NCBI GenBank assembly: GCA_934233745.1
Contig: CAKQGN010000001.1
Coordinates: 194,621-258,620, forward strand
Direction: 5' to 3'
Source of the DNA: an uncultured Clostridia bacterium
Lineage (GTDB): Bacteria > Bacillota > Clostridia > Christensenellales > CAG-917
Length of the DNA: 64,000 nucleotides
Below the pieces are notes generated by a model. The model ran no database searches and was not told the origin of the DNA. It saw only the letters and a program-made list of their open reading frames with translations. Shown here one piece after another: positions 13,501 through 21,122 of this stretch (the first letter of the stretch is position 1; each line of letters opens with the position of its first letter). The translations under genes were made by a program, and so were the position numbers.

Positions 13501-16500
13501 GCAGGCGGTATGTCCAATGCAAAAGGCGGTTATATCGACTCCTGCACGGTCGGAGCAAACACCACAATCGAACGAATAAATCAAGGCGGTGGCACAGTTT
13601 CTGAAAACCCCAAGCACGGCACTGCAATCGGCGGTCTTGTCGGTTTCACCGAGGACTCAACAGACACTACAAGCCCGCTCACCACGACGTTTAGCGGAAC
13701 ATCGGCTTTCAACGGCACGATAACCGTTTCGGTTGAGGCATCCTATCAATCATCAACATTGGACGCGAAGATAAGCTGTATCGGAGGTATCGTGGGCGAT
13801 ATGGGTTCGGGCGCAAACTTCGCGTCGGGATCGAATGTCACCGTGGACGGAACAATCAATATCACGCTTGCGGCTGCAAACGTCGGCGGCGTTGCGGGCC
13901 GTACAAACACTGCAACGTTTATCGGCAATTTTGTTGTCAAACCGAATATGCAAACCGATAAAGCCGAAAACGTCGGCGGTTTCATCGGCAAGAACGTTGG
14001 CACGGTGTACATACTTGCCGACACCACTGAGCGCATCGTGAACGACAAGCTCAACGGCACGGATATCACCATTGGCGGAACGATTCGAGGCACGAGCGAG
14101 GTGGGCGGCTTCATCGGCGTCAACAACTCGGGCAGCTCGCTCAATATCGGCTCAAACGTCGCAAACGCAAAGCCGTATAGATCGGGTACGCTGTCCATTA
14201 CAATTGAAAACGGGACGATCACCGGTGGCGATAATGTCGGCGGTATCGTCGGCAAAAACGAGGGTGCGGACGGCGGCGCAAGCTATGCGAGCATAGATAT
14301 CGTCAAAGGTACTATAACTCAACGAGGCACGATCCAAGGCGCAAACTATGTGGGAGGCATCATCGGACTCAACGACGGCTTGCTCACTACGGGCGGTGGC
14401 GAGGCGGATACGTCTATCGGCGGAACTACGCTTGATGAAAATCAAATCGGGCTTATCAAAAACCTCTCGATCACCAACAACGGCAACGTCACGGGTTCGG
14501 GCAACTATGTCGGCGGCGTGGTCGGCAAGCTCGATTCGCCTGCCGAAGATTCGGGCAAGGGTGCAATCGCAGGTACGTTTACAAACAGCGGCACGGTTGT
14601 GGGCAACAACTTTGTGGGCGGCTCGCTCGGTTTTGTCGGCAAAAACGTCACAATCACTGCAAAGAATAATGTTGCAACATTGTTTGTCAATGACGGCGAA
14701 GTCAATGCGACAGGCTACTTTGTGGGCGGTTCTATCGGCGCACTTGTCGGAAAGATTCTAGGCGAAAACTCGTCCGTTGCGGTCAAGTTTGAAAACAAAA
14801 AGAAAGTCAATGCGACAGGCTTTGTGGGCGGATCTATCGGCGTGCTGGCAGGTCCCGTTTCCTATGCGCAATTTGTCAATAGCTCGGACGGCCTCGAAAT
14901 CGCGGCGGTTAACTCGGTCGGCGGCTCGGTGGGTTACATCGGTGTGCCCTCGTTGCTTAGCTATGAGTTGATCGGCTTCACTGCGCATCAGATCGACATA
15001 AATAACACTCACTTCGAGGCTTCGGGAACTCTCAAGGCAAATCCGAGCCAAGACGCTATCAATGCGGCAAAGGAAGATAAAGAGGATAACGGTTGGGGCG
15101 GCGTCGGCGGCGCAATCGGAGTCATGGGCGCGGCTATCAATTCGTGGACAGACAACACATACTACGCCAACGGCAACGTCAGTGCAAACGTCATAGAAAA
15201 CGGTATAGAAACAGGCATATACAACGTCGGCGGCATCGTCGGACTTATCAATGCAGGCAACATCACGATAAGCAACATGCTCGCCTATCGCACAACAGTA
15301 ACCGGCGGTAAAAACGTCGGCGGCATCGTCGGTGCGACCACGGGCGCAAAAACCGTCATCAATTCCGCATACGCAATAGAAGGCACGTTCAGCGGCACTG
15401 AAAACGTGGGCGGCATCATCGGTCTTGCCAAAGACGATACCGACGCAAGCACTTCGTACTGGGTTAAAGGCTACGCAAACAGCGATATAGCCACGTATGA
15501 CGTAAAAGATTTGTCCAAACTCGGCTTCACAACCGGCAAAGCAACAACCGGCTGGTTCTTCCTGTATGCAAACGATGCAACCGGCGCAAACGGACTGGGA
15601 ACAATCAACACTTCACACTCCACAAATTCCGATTTGCAATACTGGAAACGCATTGCCGACGCATACACCGCAAGCGAGCGACAAACGAAAATAAAAGACG
15701 AAACCGGCGTAGAATATACATTAGCAACGATTCCGCTTAAATCGGATATCGTCAAGGACAAAGATATCAATGGCACAGATACCAAATCTCCGCAAAAATC
15801 CACGCTCTACGCAACCGCCACGGCGGCAGAAGTGACAGAAAAAGGCTATTATATGTATACAGCGACGTCGAATAACGATGTTAAGCCGTCTGTCATATAC
15901 GATAACGGAGTGTATTATATTAGCGTAAAAACAAACGTTATCAATGCGGAGGACGAAAAAGTCCAGGCGCAAAATGTTGCAGTGTTCTACCGTTCGGTTT
16001 CTTCAAGTAAAGAAGCATTGATCTACAATGGTTATTTGCGTAATGCCATTATTGGTTTGGACGGAGTTTACTTGTATGAAAACCCAATCGGCGACAATGA
16101 AACTCCGACAATTAATGGCTATAAAGGACAATACATATTTACCGCTACAACAACTATCAAAAACGCAGACGGTTCGACAAGCGAAGTGAACGAGGCTCAA
16201 TCGGATCCGAACACCTATTCTTCCGTCATTAAGATTTACTATGTCGACGACAACGGCACGGCACGTCTTGTCGGCGGCAATACCGAATTGGCATGGAAGA
16301 TCACCGAGAGAGAATTGGCGGTTGCATTTGAACATACTACGAATAGAACGTATGGAACAGGAACCGAAGACAACACGACCGATATGACGGTTACAATAGA
16401 CAACATTGCACCAAAAAGAGGTGTTACTGTCCCGATTAGAATAGTTGTTTCGTATGGGGCACAAGAGGATAGTCGTGTTATATTCACATGGGATGGTACA

Positions 16501-19500
16501 AAATTTAATGGCGCTGACGAAAATATAAAACTTACGTCGCTTCCAATGACGCAAAGCGGAACTTTGAGCGATAAGGATAAAGAATCGACAAGTGAAACCA
16601 TTGAAGATGAGGCCACATATCAACTTGTCGTAAAATTGTTTTTCAAACAAGCCAAATCGTATACGATTACCGTTTTGGATAGCTCACAAAAAGCTCGCTA
16701 CACATTCAAGAAAAACGGAGGAAGCGCGAGTGCTGAAGTCAGCGATGAATTTACTGTGCTTCCTGCCGAGTTGAGGCTGGTGAGTTCTTACGCTACATCC
16801 AGCGCATATGACGGAACGTACAAAGGCAAAGAATGGTTGGTAACAGGATTCAAGTATAATGATGGTGTTCTTCAATTTGCAGAGTTTTTACCTTCGTTTA
16901 ATATAAAATATAAAAACGGAGATGTGACAACAAAAGCAATGACTGCCGATAATATGACAACAGGAGTGGACTTTAACGGGCCAAGGGTTTCAGTTGCAGG
17001 ACCATCCAACGGAAATCTGACCATTTCACTTGTCAATGCCATCAACAAAGGTGAGTACTATCTTACTTTTGGGAAAATCGCAGCGGGCAACTATACGCTT
17101 AAAATCGAAGATTATTCATTTAGCATCGTAGAAATACAAATTGAAATTTCATGCGATGATAATGGAAAAAGCAAAATATATGACGGAAACGCCAAGGATG
17201 TAAAATTCACATTCAAAGCGAGCGCACCCGCCGGTGTTACGTTTGACGGTATAAGTGAGTATAAAACCTTTATCAGCAAGTTCTTTAAGATTAACAATCA
17301 AACTATTGAAACAAACAGTTTGAAACTTGTTGATAACAAAACAATCACATTGACATTGCAAACGGAGAAAGATGCAGCAACATATAAATTTGTTTTCGGA
17401 AAGGGTGAGAAATACGACGACCACATTAAAAACTGTGCTCTTAAACCAGCAACACTTCCGACATATACATACACTATAACCAAACGTTCGATCACATTGA
17501 GCACAACGCCGACGAGCACCAAAACTTACATTTACAACACCGAGCATCAAGGGTTGAGTCAAGTCAAATTGAATGGTGAGAGTGGCGATGTGGGCATTGT
17601 CTCAGGCGACACCGTCATGGTTAAGGTGAGCGTTCCGGGTGGGGATCCCTCGTCGAAGACTCTGTCGTTTGACAATCAAACGCTTGAGGTAACGGCAGGC
17701 ATTTCGACTATCGACGCAAACCAATATGTCGCATCTTTCGATTTGGATGACGCATCGAGCAAAAAGAACTACACGTTGAGTGCAACAAACGTGTCTTGGA
17801 AGATAGACAAATACAAAATAATGATTGGTGAGTTTGAGATTGGGGCTGAAAAAACATACAACGCACAAGCAGAAGTGCCAAAAATCAATGTCACCAACAG
17901 CGAAGTATCGGTTAGCGGAAACACGTTTACATATGGTACAGATACCTTTACTCTTGAGTATGCTGTTTCTTACAATAACCAAACCTATGCGAGCAACAAT
18001 CTTGTCAATGCAGGCACCTACAAGATTAAAATAGGCACCTCAAATGGAAAGATACATGCCAAGCATAGCGACGGGAATGATGCGTCAAACAACTATGAGT
18101 TTGGAAATAGCTCAACAGAACATCAATACGTGATCAATCCTTGCGAGATAAAAATCGGTTGGGAAAAGAAAACATTTGTGTATAATGCAAGTAATTGGAA
18201 ACTAAATGTTGCAAGTATCGAAATCAACAACAAGACCAAGACGGTTACAAACAATAGAGTTCAAACCGGTTTGGGCAACGATACTTTGACGTTCAGTCGT
18301 GGTGGCGGCGGAACAGACGTGGGAAGTTATACAACAAATGTAACGTCGCATAGTGTCAGTGTCAGTGTAGAACCAAACCACGGCGTAAGGCCTATTGCAG
18401 GCAACTATAAGATTGTATCTGGTGCCACAAGCGACAAGTTTTCCATCACGCCGTCCAAACTGAAGATTTTCTATGCAGGCGGTACGACAAGCAAAGTTTA
18501 TGATGCGGGATTTGGTATATCAGGCAAGCCGTTCGTGTTTAATACTCAATCCCAAAATGGCGGCGCACACGGCACTTCGGAGTTGTTTGATATTAGCTAT
18601 GTGTACAAAGACAAAAATGTCGGCAACGACAAGGAAGTTGTGTTTACCTATGTGTTGAAGAACGGAAATGCGAACTACGAATACGTTGGTACGGGAACGG
18701 AAAGTCAAAACAAAGGACAAATCACGCCGGCACATATCAAGGTTGCGCTCGACAAGTTGCGTAGTGGAAAAGCGACAAGGACGTTTACCAACGAACCTTA
18801 TTATGGTGGAAAAGACGGCGCAAGCGGCGGCAAAAACGACGGCAAAAGCACAGTGTATCGTTCGGGTGAAGGTTTCCGCATAAGCGGCGTGTTCGGCAAC
18901 GACGACATCAAAGTTGTTGCAAAATACGCCGAGGCAGGCGACGATAGAGTGATGTTTGACAAATATGTCAACGACATTGTGAAAAATACAGACGAAACGT
19001 TTGCCAAGGCGGCGGCAGGCACGCATTTGAAGATGCTTGTGTTTGAAATGACGGGTGGTGACGCAACAAACTACACGTTCAACGTATACGATACATCTGA
19101 CAAAGCATACAGCAAAAACAATGGCGATAGCCAAACGCCGGTGAATGTTTATGACAAGGATGATGAGAAAAACAACAAAGATAAACTGTCCCAAATCAAA
19201 ATCGAAATCACCGTCAAAACGTACAAAGTTGAGTATAAAAACGCCGCTCAAAGTTATGCCAATGCAGACAATACTTACAACACAAATTGGGAAAGAGTTG
19301 GAGTATCCAACAACCCGCCAGGAGTTACAGTAACCGTTTCCAACGGCTGGATGTATGCCGACGGACAAGACCATGGTGATGATGAACAAGCCGAAAAGAA
19401 AGTCTACAAAGCGTACACAACCATTAGAGGCTCGCAAAACAGTGTCTTGTTGGGTGCAAAGATAAGCGGTATCGATGGAATGGAACTCAACTATAAGATG

Positions 19501-21093
19501 GTCAATCAGCCCATTCTTACCATCGGATACTTTGTCGTAGACAACAACGACGTGTTTGAAATCGGTTCGGCATCGAGTTTAATGATTGCATCCTACTATT
19601 GGTGGGTTGCGCAAAACGGTCAAAACCCCGACTTCAACCTGCCGCTCGTTGCAACTTCAACATGGCATAAGATTGTCAGCAACGATGATTATATGACAAA
19701 ACCGTTTGAGAAACCGAGCGATGCACCCAACGATGTTGATATGACGGGTTGGGATTGGGATATGTATTTTGCTTGGTTTGAACAACAATATAATGTCAAG
19801 ATTTTCCTCAATGAAACAGGAATTTCAAACGAGGACGGCACGTGGGGCTATTATACAACCGGCGAAGAATCGCAACAAACACAATATAAAAAGTATAGAA
19901 TGGTGCGTGATTTCAGCGGCAAATTGTCAGAGTCCGATATTGCCATACTTGAGGCGTTCTTCCCGAAAGAAAAAGGGTGGGGCGTTGGAAAAACGTATCT
20001 TGACAACTTCCTCAATACTTCAGTCGGAAGTGTGTTGACGGCAGTCGGAAGTGTGTTTAGATGGTATAATGGTAGTGTAGGACAGTTTGAGTTTGACGGC
20101 AACGGATATGTCATAGAGTATCTCAACATTATGGGCTACGACAAAGAGAATGTCGGCTTGTTTGACATCATCGGCGCAAACGGAAGTGTCAAAAATCTGC
20201 ATTTGAGAAATATCACAATCAATGCAAATCAAGGCAACGTCGGCGGTATTGCCGGAAGTATTGCCGCGGCTGAGGGTGAGGGCGATGCAACAAATGTCAC
20301 CAACGTGTCCTTCCACGGCAAGATTACCGCAACGGGCGGCACGGTCGGCGGCTTGTTCGGCACAAGCGCAAGAGCAATCAACGGCGCAATCGTCCTTGGC
20401 GAGATAAGCGCAAGCGGCGCAAACGTCGGTGGCGTTGTCGGCACTGCAAAAGCAGACTTAACCAAAGTTGTGTCAATGATGCAAATCACCGCAAGCGGCG
20501 GCACGGTTGGAGCGTTTACAAGCACTCAAAACCCAACAATCTCAGATTCTTTCCATATGCATAATGCAGTGTGGAAGAGCGGCACGGGCTTCGTAAACGT
20601 TGAAGGCAAAAACGTCGGCTACAATGATTTGATGAGCGGTTCAAACTCGCTTTATGCAAACGCCGCCTCCGATTCAGGCACATACGACGTTATCAACGAA
20701 ACGTTTGCCGACAGCGGTCAAAACGTCAATCCGCGCCAAAGCAAACGCTTGAGAGATATGGTTTCCGTGTATCTATTGATGTATTCTTTGAAAGTCAATG
20801 GCGACAAGTACACCATAAGCGCGTCAAGTTGGCTTGTCGGTTCGGCGGATGGCACAGACGCGAAACCGATTGCGATTGCCAACAAACAAAACGTATCGCT
20901 TTTGCGCGAGCTACGCTTTGCGGCGTTTGTGCTAAAAGCCAACGTGAGCATTGACATTGCAAGCACGTTTGGCGGCTCGTTCTATGGCAGCGTGACAAGT
21001 GAGAACGGCAAAGACTATAAGATAACTTGCAACAAGCAGATGTTCGAGGTATACGCAACCACACCTCCGGCGTGGCTTGAAGTAAAACCTTAA
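1504..21093 (+). CDS. Giant (about 6,529 aa) N-terminally anchored surface protein with GLUG-motif beta-helix repeats alternating with MBG/Ig-like repeats
   Basis: One uninterrupted ORF (track 1471..21093). The ATG at 1504 has a GGAGAG RBS. The N-terminus has a basic stretch plus one hydrophobic helix (LTAGALLLAITFVLVFAGTLSGAFG). Dozens of G-G-[ILV]-[VA]-G units occur about every 20-30 aa (VGGIVG, VGGLVG, AGGIAG), matching the GLUG motif and a parallel beta-helix. Six modules each open with a G-x-x-x-P-[YF]-x-I type segment at about nt 2326, 4486, 7396, 10186, 12388 and 19552. Between them, especially 15450-19540, are 90-110-aa repeats with junctions of the form (A/G)NY..I.P..I.I...K.Y(D/N)(G/A), which are MBG-like. 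No LPXTG, SLH or other C-terminal anchor is visible. Confidence 0.9.
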   Translation: MRNSRTKTQTKLRNYIKLTAGALLLAITFVLVFAGTLSGAFGIENELQQNGIIENNVASATGTTKTVTYNASDTTFTATPNKKWKNDLTKQSIVTSYPSKHQQKWKKLFEDFVGDTTYDGCHGYYDRDTYTENATVALNKTEITQFLSSGIGESDDLYYTVSATATIKMGAWQDGSATITQKVSAWVSDNATHNSNTQGELFSHQQSKKEEAWKHILSLESNIFKTKPTTSTLYFGVHYEHKNNASGTAFGANTYDFMLVESFEITITKYSGYSGGDGTPASPYILAKRADFDDLSVNVASGSTYSGKYFIVQPDTTIEGQNATTIAMGDTYFTPIGNSTTKFAGTLLGNGCTINGLVTSGQHSGLFGYVNNARIDSLTVNVSNDSDSTSVGGLVGVVNGTTTITNCNVTGSVKGTHQIGGFVGFAQDCVLTISNGTNSATITTTSQSSNDKGRTSGGGIVGYVNANATVTINDVTNTGEVKTTSGNANSGLGGIVGFANGGTNINNCHNTASITGRAGLGGIVGYTANGSIVGCRNDGNITSSKPYNLGAGEASYSGGIAGYCYADVAKCYNSGTVKTTSDWGNSNIVGGIAAYLGSGRNVKYCYNGGWIEGSDYVGGIVGRRDGTVSYSYQAGKIKGLYNKTSTIGHITGNDTSSKISTCWTLPGASNLTTVTNTFNHNGYTVSSEANVAMKPAFGNAVLESWEEITDTGATSDTFSEITGIDQFVFYPNNNEHKIENNQYLFVYATDANAVALVPNHIDSGVSVITDTTTASVAKTVPFVSRFYFNASSDKNLVASISPIDAPLTSTQTVYNGSGQKVTTDVVGADVQEKSYYFTSGNDNALAKNKVIDAGEYDIVTEVTMKVGENTYVVVGRQVHETKWTIKTRPISFWNKIYYYGETPTSAPVPQSMSGDKGLLNGHTFICTHADELTYDFMYGAIPNAQKEVTINMTGEIRDAAGNDVTYNYDFQNGTFTISMREGNFGVKGTTDIVNNPWGSQGNPFVIKTAQHLVNLSKIVNGETPTNADTSQIVNSIFDNTTYTHVVSNNTIRYQNCYFVIVNDLDMNGSGFAPIGKDATYFFEGNISGVKSIEDTLQQNRFISNLTVNLASTDNVGLFGYVLKKGTEKPYIKHIVLNNSCSFVGKSNVGSIVGWAQDAVIQNCINNATVEGKGENAGGIVGKNFGTETSNCENHGTVKGVKNVGGIAGTLDWGVISNVQNSATVEASGENCGGIVGYMISYSTLKNVTNNAQVNGGNKTGGALGYYEKKATYSVQPIYGLTNNNSVEGLSNVGGIIGCVAGDLVFDGNNESQKCTMSGGSVKGTFNVGGLVGGVEDGSTVTLTNFTNNAKVIGGYVVGGLVGLLRGSIKNSVNNADITSEYNKAGTPSGLSIGAYVGGLVGVAYGAISHCYNSGNISASGDNSDFLGGIVGYTNANVAYCTSLENSIISGSNQVGGIVGKASGNNVKIEYCYFGGKINGLWNDNRAKLDFICGEIIDGLVSNSWKLPNAQNGDTGNRTYTNAGNALTIATGMTFKPYFVQEGSEHDTEWEQIVSKNIVGFSVSGNVPTNSYFNSDNGNDTAYVKPDKTNGFAANSTSGNVTAWYGADFGSDVRCSIVEIQVDTTPDEYNGEKQGLTREDVYMPSANNGVYEVQFAYKGNKYGDVIPEDVDMYNTTVTVKIDEKVVGVRTGVQYEITKKKVTITNIWTWKYVNGSNADFYKFEYNKDIQGMLSITVDGVLENSHYTLTQTENKAAVGKYSSSVVISDRDYEVEIVSKYCTIQNNNANLETDNAKYGIKTTQTNANTSNSQTTYTYNWEIVPFDLAADFNKNNVWFGGTKNLIVGNQGIANVEGDTTKSFYPLQVGKKGTGVQQVLVYAQHNYAASSFVVYVKYNNGNVFPLTRDTEYTVGTLENNVFGTFNVNVVSQAKPVEDTNVTARGTGNFSGDITKYYTAMFSDFGGNVTGANWGSAGNPYVISKPEHLLRLSQIVNGGTAWNSIITTNNALCISPQGTAVATDRAYSGAYFLVTADIDMTGNISTDGVYNFLPIGHRNEQSQTDMPFSGTFDGNGKKIKFVYNVNRNNFYNNNKAHSDYVGLFGYIAGYKVDAEQKYATIKNLSIESMDGNEVDDNGGIIGKDYVGGIAGYAVDSKLYNVSMMYGSWVRGENYVGGIVGYGENTWLEVGNEHDNAITYANVGGIQYVGGIVGKWIVSSEEQIGGGKDKQEYITTTLGTDVNGTQYVGGLVGWLDTSTCTDSVVFAPIVKGSDQNKNVVKGTEYVGALFGVVVGNGYHQSATQGKYTAIVISDQKVNNITLQTNTSAKVVGGLVGYAESVGILFETDWNTSSTTFTLDDSTSFFGGVVGVLGKNSTIEAIIVTKEGDGSYLTGSEHTILNNTALGASGKPIGSFVGGIVGYVSSQAGTYWEANTTIFGNGISLVNSGQIHATGYAGGIFGALGDLSTSVAQTFENDTNSILYNVLTKGVRSGNANTTLGIAPTVDSAYFIGAKGKLVNSASLSVTDGYVGGIAGYSGAKVRFVLRNTPQTGAIATANLNVYSGGNDIYINGSYAGGIAGYLSFGLDHELQYVVVQAKFASQDATRVGGLVGYMGSGKVERCVVTSPDGTISANTDNYQGTEYVGGLVGETQSAIIRNSVSTGFNLEQTSNTKGGLLGYGANPTIDSSWTFYIAKSGATYSTVSKNTYGKYILVDTDIVTTDIVTTDKSSYPTFAKLCEFTGIAKNGTAGMLEFAINVPTQRQLAFYNASGSDVETSNKDSFKGFENRNNVLTIKLDMASGTSMQICVVDIEFVNVPQHGTDNDEAAHAVVESTYKKPSNSTRYHVDVTQANFDIANTKQVTHIKANIYFDYDGDGHYISIGDGNVEPNNRIGGEYDSEEIIPGSSAENPLTISSQEEWNDFAWSIYTGANDYAGQYVKLLASKIVINTGENKNGKHKGTKFNYDYDFTSVSTPNKSQEDTKNANSNMGYNLAGNISQGSSEVEKVTVDGVQGATTPSFKGHFDGNGNTIEITYTSGGYHRISVFPNAAGATFKHLTIKGTIQAASQADGKGNEENDKKDIVSKTAAYDIAGFVGKPFGTLKFYNCKNEADIIGLRNVGGIVGYNAGGQSITLEACVNTGDITSLQGSYTLGGKNSDTYNYDDGLDGTGVGETNVGYTFGTGGIIGSYIGNIQIESCRNSGKIIGGHNVGGIIGLHNGKQESFATLTINNCANTGDILANSGYWGEDQGGAKDNPSRGVRQSIFGYAGGLVGKTSRYSSLKMFASYNMGTVITYSNIVGGLVGAVGALSKTSKNTGTDTLLTGSKSVIAYCYNNGTVHSGGTYPKQVKERLSGRENYGGTISGGIAGIVGNIKISNCYNTGDIIAWGVVGYSGSWQLRSGGIVGQSEPTGDTYVVEFETLYNAGSIMAKAKNTHVGVEWIGIAYYMNEKLRYGGAISGYCDHSEITSRITSYNVYSIKYPVGTKILKKDINSANKYKESDYAETDFHEQRRGDYLADGGVAGIGASQEGLTVSGTTFDSYEQLTARLNARDDVVPRATEYTGNNKINIIQSIETLTEGIDYTQPKIDGKMYDGWIYVYGCLPQLAMFALDTQNGLSMHSVGYRKDQYGEYNATGESAGSDQYPYIIKDGIDLMGMQALVDNGFDFNGKIIEFANSTNNLSGVCSETIVFPTTSSTSTNLKDSNAYKAKDSKGNYHEGKSYHLFAKGALCNQGWSDDKGNVNSVAQEYGTWIENNYRNLGESKNTTLNLQNFIAIGRKGNSFKGTINGQQGTAEASFATIIDSLRVTIKGYKNTHAGLFSTIENAIVQYVGVGGNSQVFSHEKVGTTVVATAGGIVGMVYGNSVVENCIVKGSTVVGAYGSNAYAGGIAGMADPKQGNTYNAGITTTIRNCSISSSGRIESAKSNIGGVLGYVGGDAGANEKGNSVRIEGCEVQKAAIQAASSATESSHIGGVLGYGSDYVAAFITGCSVGNGADTVTIKGEHSLGGIAGGMSNAKGGYIDSCTVGANTTIERINQGGGTVSENPKHGTAIGGLVGFTEDSTDTTSPLTTTFSGTSAFNGTITVSVEASYQSSTLDAKISCIGGIVGDMGSGANFASGSNVTVDGTINITLAAANVGGVAGRTNTATFIGNFVVKPNMQTDKAENVGGFIGKNVGTVYILADTTERIVNDKLNGTDITIGGTIRGTSEVGGFIGVNNSGSSLNIGSNVANAKPYRSGTLSITIENGTITGGDNVGGIVGKNEGADGGASYASIDIVKGTITQRGTIQGANYVGGIIGLNDGLLTTGGGEADTSIGGTTLDENQIGLIKNLSITNNGNVTGSGNYVGGVVGKLDSPAEDSGKGAIAGTFTNSGTVVGNNFVGGSLGFVGKNVTITAKNNVATLFVNDGEVNATGYFVGGSIGALVGKILGENSSVAVKFENKKKVNATGFVGGSIGVLAGPVSYAQFVNSSDGLEIAAVNSVGGSVGYIGVPSLLSYELIGFTAHQIDINNTHFEASGTLKANPSQDAINAAKEDKEDNGWGGVGGAIGVMGAAINSWTDNTYYANGNVSANVIENGIETGIYNVGGIVGLINAGNITISNMLAYRTTVTGGKNVGGIVGATTGAKTVINSAYAIEGTFSGTENVGGIIGLAKDDTDASTSYWVKGYANSDIATYDVKDLSKLGFTTGKATTGWFFLYANDATGANGLGTINTSHSTNSDLQYWKRIADAYTASERQTKIKDETGVEYTLATIPLKSDIVKDKDINGTDTKSPQKSTLYATATAAEVTEKGYYMYTATSNNDVKPSVIYDNGVYYISVKTNVINAEDEKVQAQNVAVFYRSVSSSKEALIYNGYLRNAIIGLDGVYLYENPIGDNETPTINGYKGQYIFTATTTIKNADGSTSEVNEAQSDPNTYSSVIKIYYVDDNGTARLVGGNTELAWKITERELAVAFEHTTNRTYGTGTEDNTTDMTVTIDNIAPKRGVTVPIRIVVSYGAQEDSRVIFTWDGTKFNGADENIKLTSLPMTQSGTLSDKDKESTSETIEDEATYQLVVKLFFKQAKSYTITVLDSSQKARYTFKKNGGSASAEVSDEFTVLPAELRLVSSYATSSAYDGTYKGKEWLVTGFKYNDGVLQFAEFLPSFNIKYKNGDVTTKAMTADNMTTGVDFNGPRVSVAGPSNGNLTISLVNAINKGEYYLTFGKIAAGNYTLKIEDYSFSIVEIQIEISCDDNGKSKIYDGNAKDVKFTFKASAPAGVTFDGISEYKTFISKFFKINNQTIETNSLKLVDNKTITLTLQTEKDAATYKFVFGKGEKYDDHIKNCALKPATLPTYTYTITKRSITLSTTPTSTKTYIYNTEHQGLSQVKLNGESGDVGIVSGDTVMVKVSVPGGDPSSKTLSFDNQTLEVTAGISTIDANQYVASFDLDDASSKKNYTLSATNVSWKIDKYKIMIGEFEIGAEKTYNAQAEVPKINVTNSEVSVSGNTFTYGTDTFTLEYAVSYNNQTYASNNLVNAGTYKIKIGTSNGKIHAKHSDGNDASNNYEFGNSSTEHQYVINPCEIKIGWEKKTFVYNASNWKLNVASIEINNKTKTVTNNRVQTGLGNDTLTFSRGGGGTDVGSYTTNVTSHSVSVSVEPNHGVRPIAGNYKIVSGATSDKFSITPSKLKIFYAGGTTSKVYDAGFGISGKPFVFNTQSQNGGAHGTSELFDISYVYKDKNVGNDKEVVFTYVLKNGNANYEYVGTGTESQNKGQITPAHIKVALDKLRSGKATRTFTNEPYYGGKDGASGGKNDGKSTVYRSGEGFRISGVFGNDDIKVVAKYAEAGDDRVMFDKYVNDIVKNTDETFAKAAAGTHLKMLVFEMTGGDATNYTFNVYDTSDKAYSKNNGDSQTPVNVYDKDDEKNNKDKLSQIKIEITVKTYKVEYKNAAQSYANADNTYNTNWERVGVSNNPPGVTVTVSNGWMYADGQDHGDDEQAEKKVYKAYTTIRGSQNSVLLGAKISGIDGMELNYKMVNQPILTIGYFVVDNNDVFEIGSASSLMIASYYWWVAQNGQNPDFNLPLVATSTWHKIVSNDDYMTKPFEKPSDAPNDVDMTGWDWDMYFAWFEQQYNVKIFLNETGISNEDGTWGYYTTGEESQQTQYKKYRMVRDFSGKLSESDIAILEAFFPKEKGWGVGKTYLDNFLNTSVGSVLTAVGSVFRWYNGSVGQFEFDGNGYVIEYLNIMGYDKENVGLFDIIGANGSVKNLHLRNITINANQGNVGGIAGSIAAAEGEGDATNVTNVSFHGKITATGGTVGGLFGTSARAINGAIVLGEISASGANVGGVVGTAKADLTKVVSMMQITASGGTVGAFTSTQNPTISDSFHMHNAVWKSGTGFVNVEGKNVGYNDLMSGSNSLYANAASDSGTYDVINETFADSGQNVNPRQSKRLRDMVSVYLLMYSLKVNGDKYTISASSWLVGSADGTDAKPIAIANKQNVSLLRELRFAAFVLKANVSIDIASTFGGSFYGSVTSENGKDYKITCNKQMFEVYATTPPAWLEVKP
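9628..9660 (+). repeat. In-frame 15-bp perfect tandem duplication (GACATTGTAACCACC x2.2) inside the giant gene
   Basis: gacattgtaaccacc gacattgtaaccacc gac encodes DIVTT-DIVTT-D. Confidence 0.95.
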
Positions 21094-21098
21094 TATTC

Positions 21099-21122
21099 GG
21101 CGCAGACGGCATGCCGTCTGCG
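21099..21122. terminator. Perfect 24-bp palindrome GCGCAGACGGCA/TGCCGTCTGCGC just after the giant-gene stop; possible attenuator or terminator
   Basis: The 12-bp arms are fully complementary, 6 nt after the stop codon. No clean U-tract follows (AAAATGCGTTTTC), so termination efficiency is uncertain. Confidence 0.3.

Noticed and set aside
2410-20525. Many long minus-strand and off-frame ORFs inside the giant gene (for example 3514..4140, 8677..9435, 13746..14255, 16003..16650, 18520..19437)
   Set aside because: They lie wholly inside one continuous 19.6-kb forward ORF. Their products are low-complexity mirror images of the GGxVG repeats (PTxPPT or Cys/Arg-rich), with no RBS or recognisable motifs. 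They are antisense artefacts.
21099-21122. The palindrome contains ATGCCGTCTG, resembling the Neisseria DNA uptake sequence (ATGCCGTCTGAA), in the inverted-pair layout typical of Neisseria terminators
   Set aside because: Only 10 of 12 bases match. There is a single occurrence, and the rest of the window is clearly Firmicutes-like. It is best treated as coincidence.
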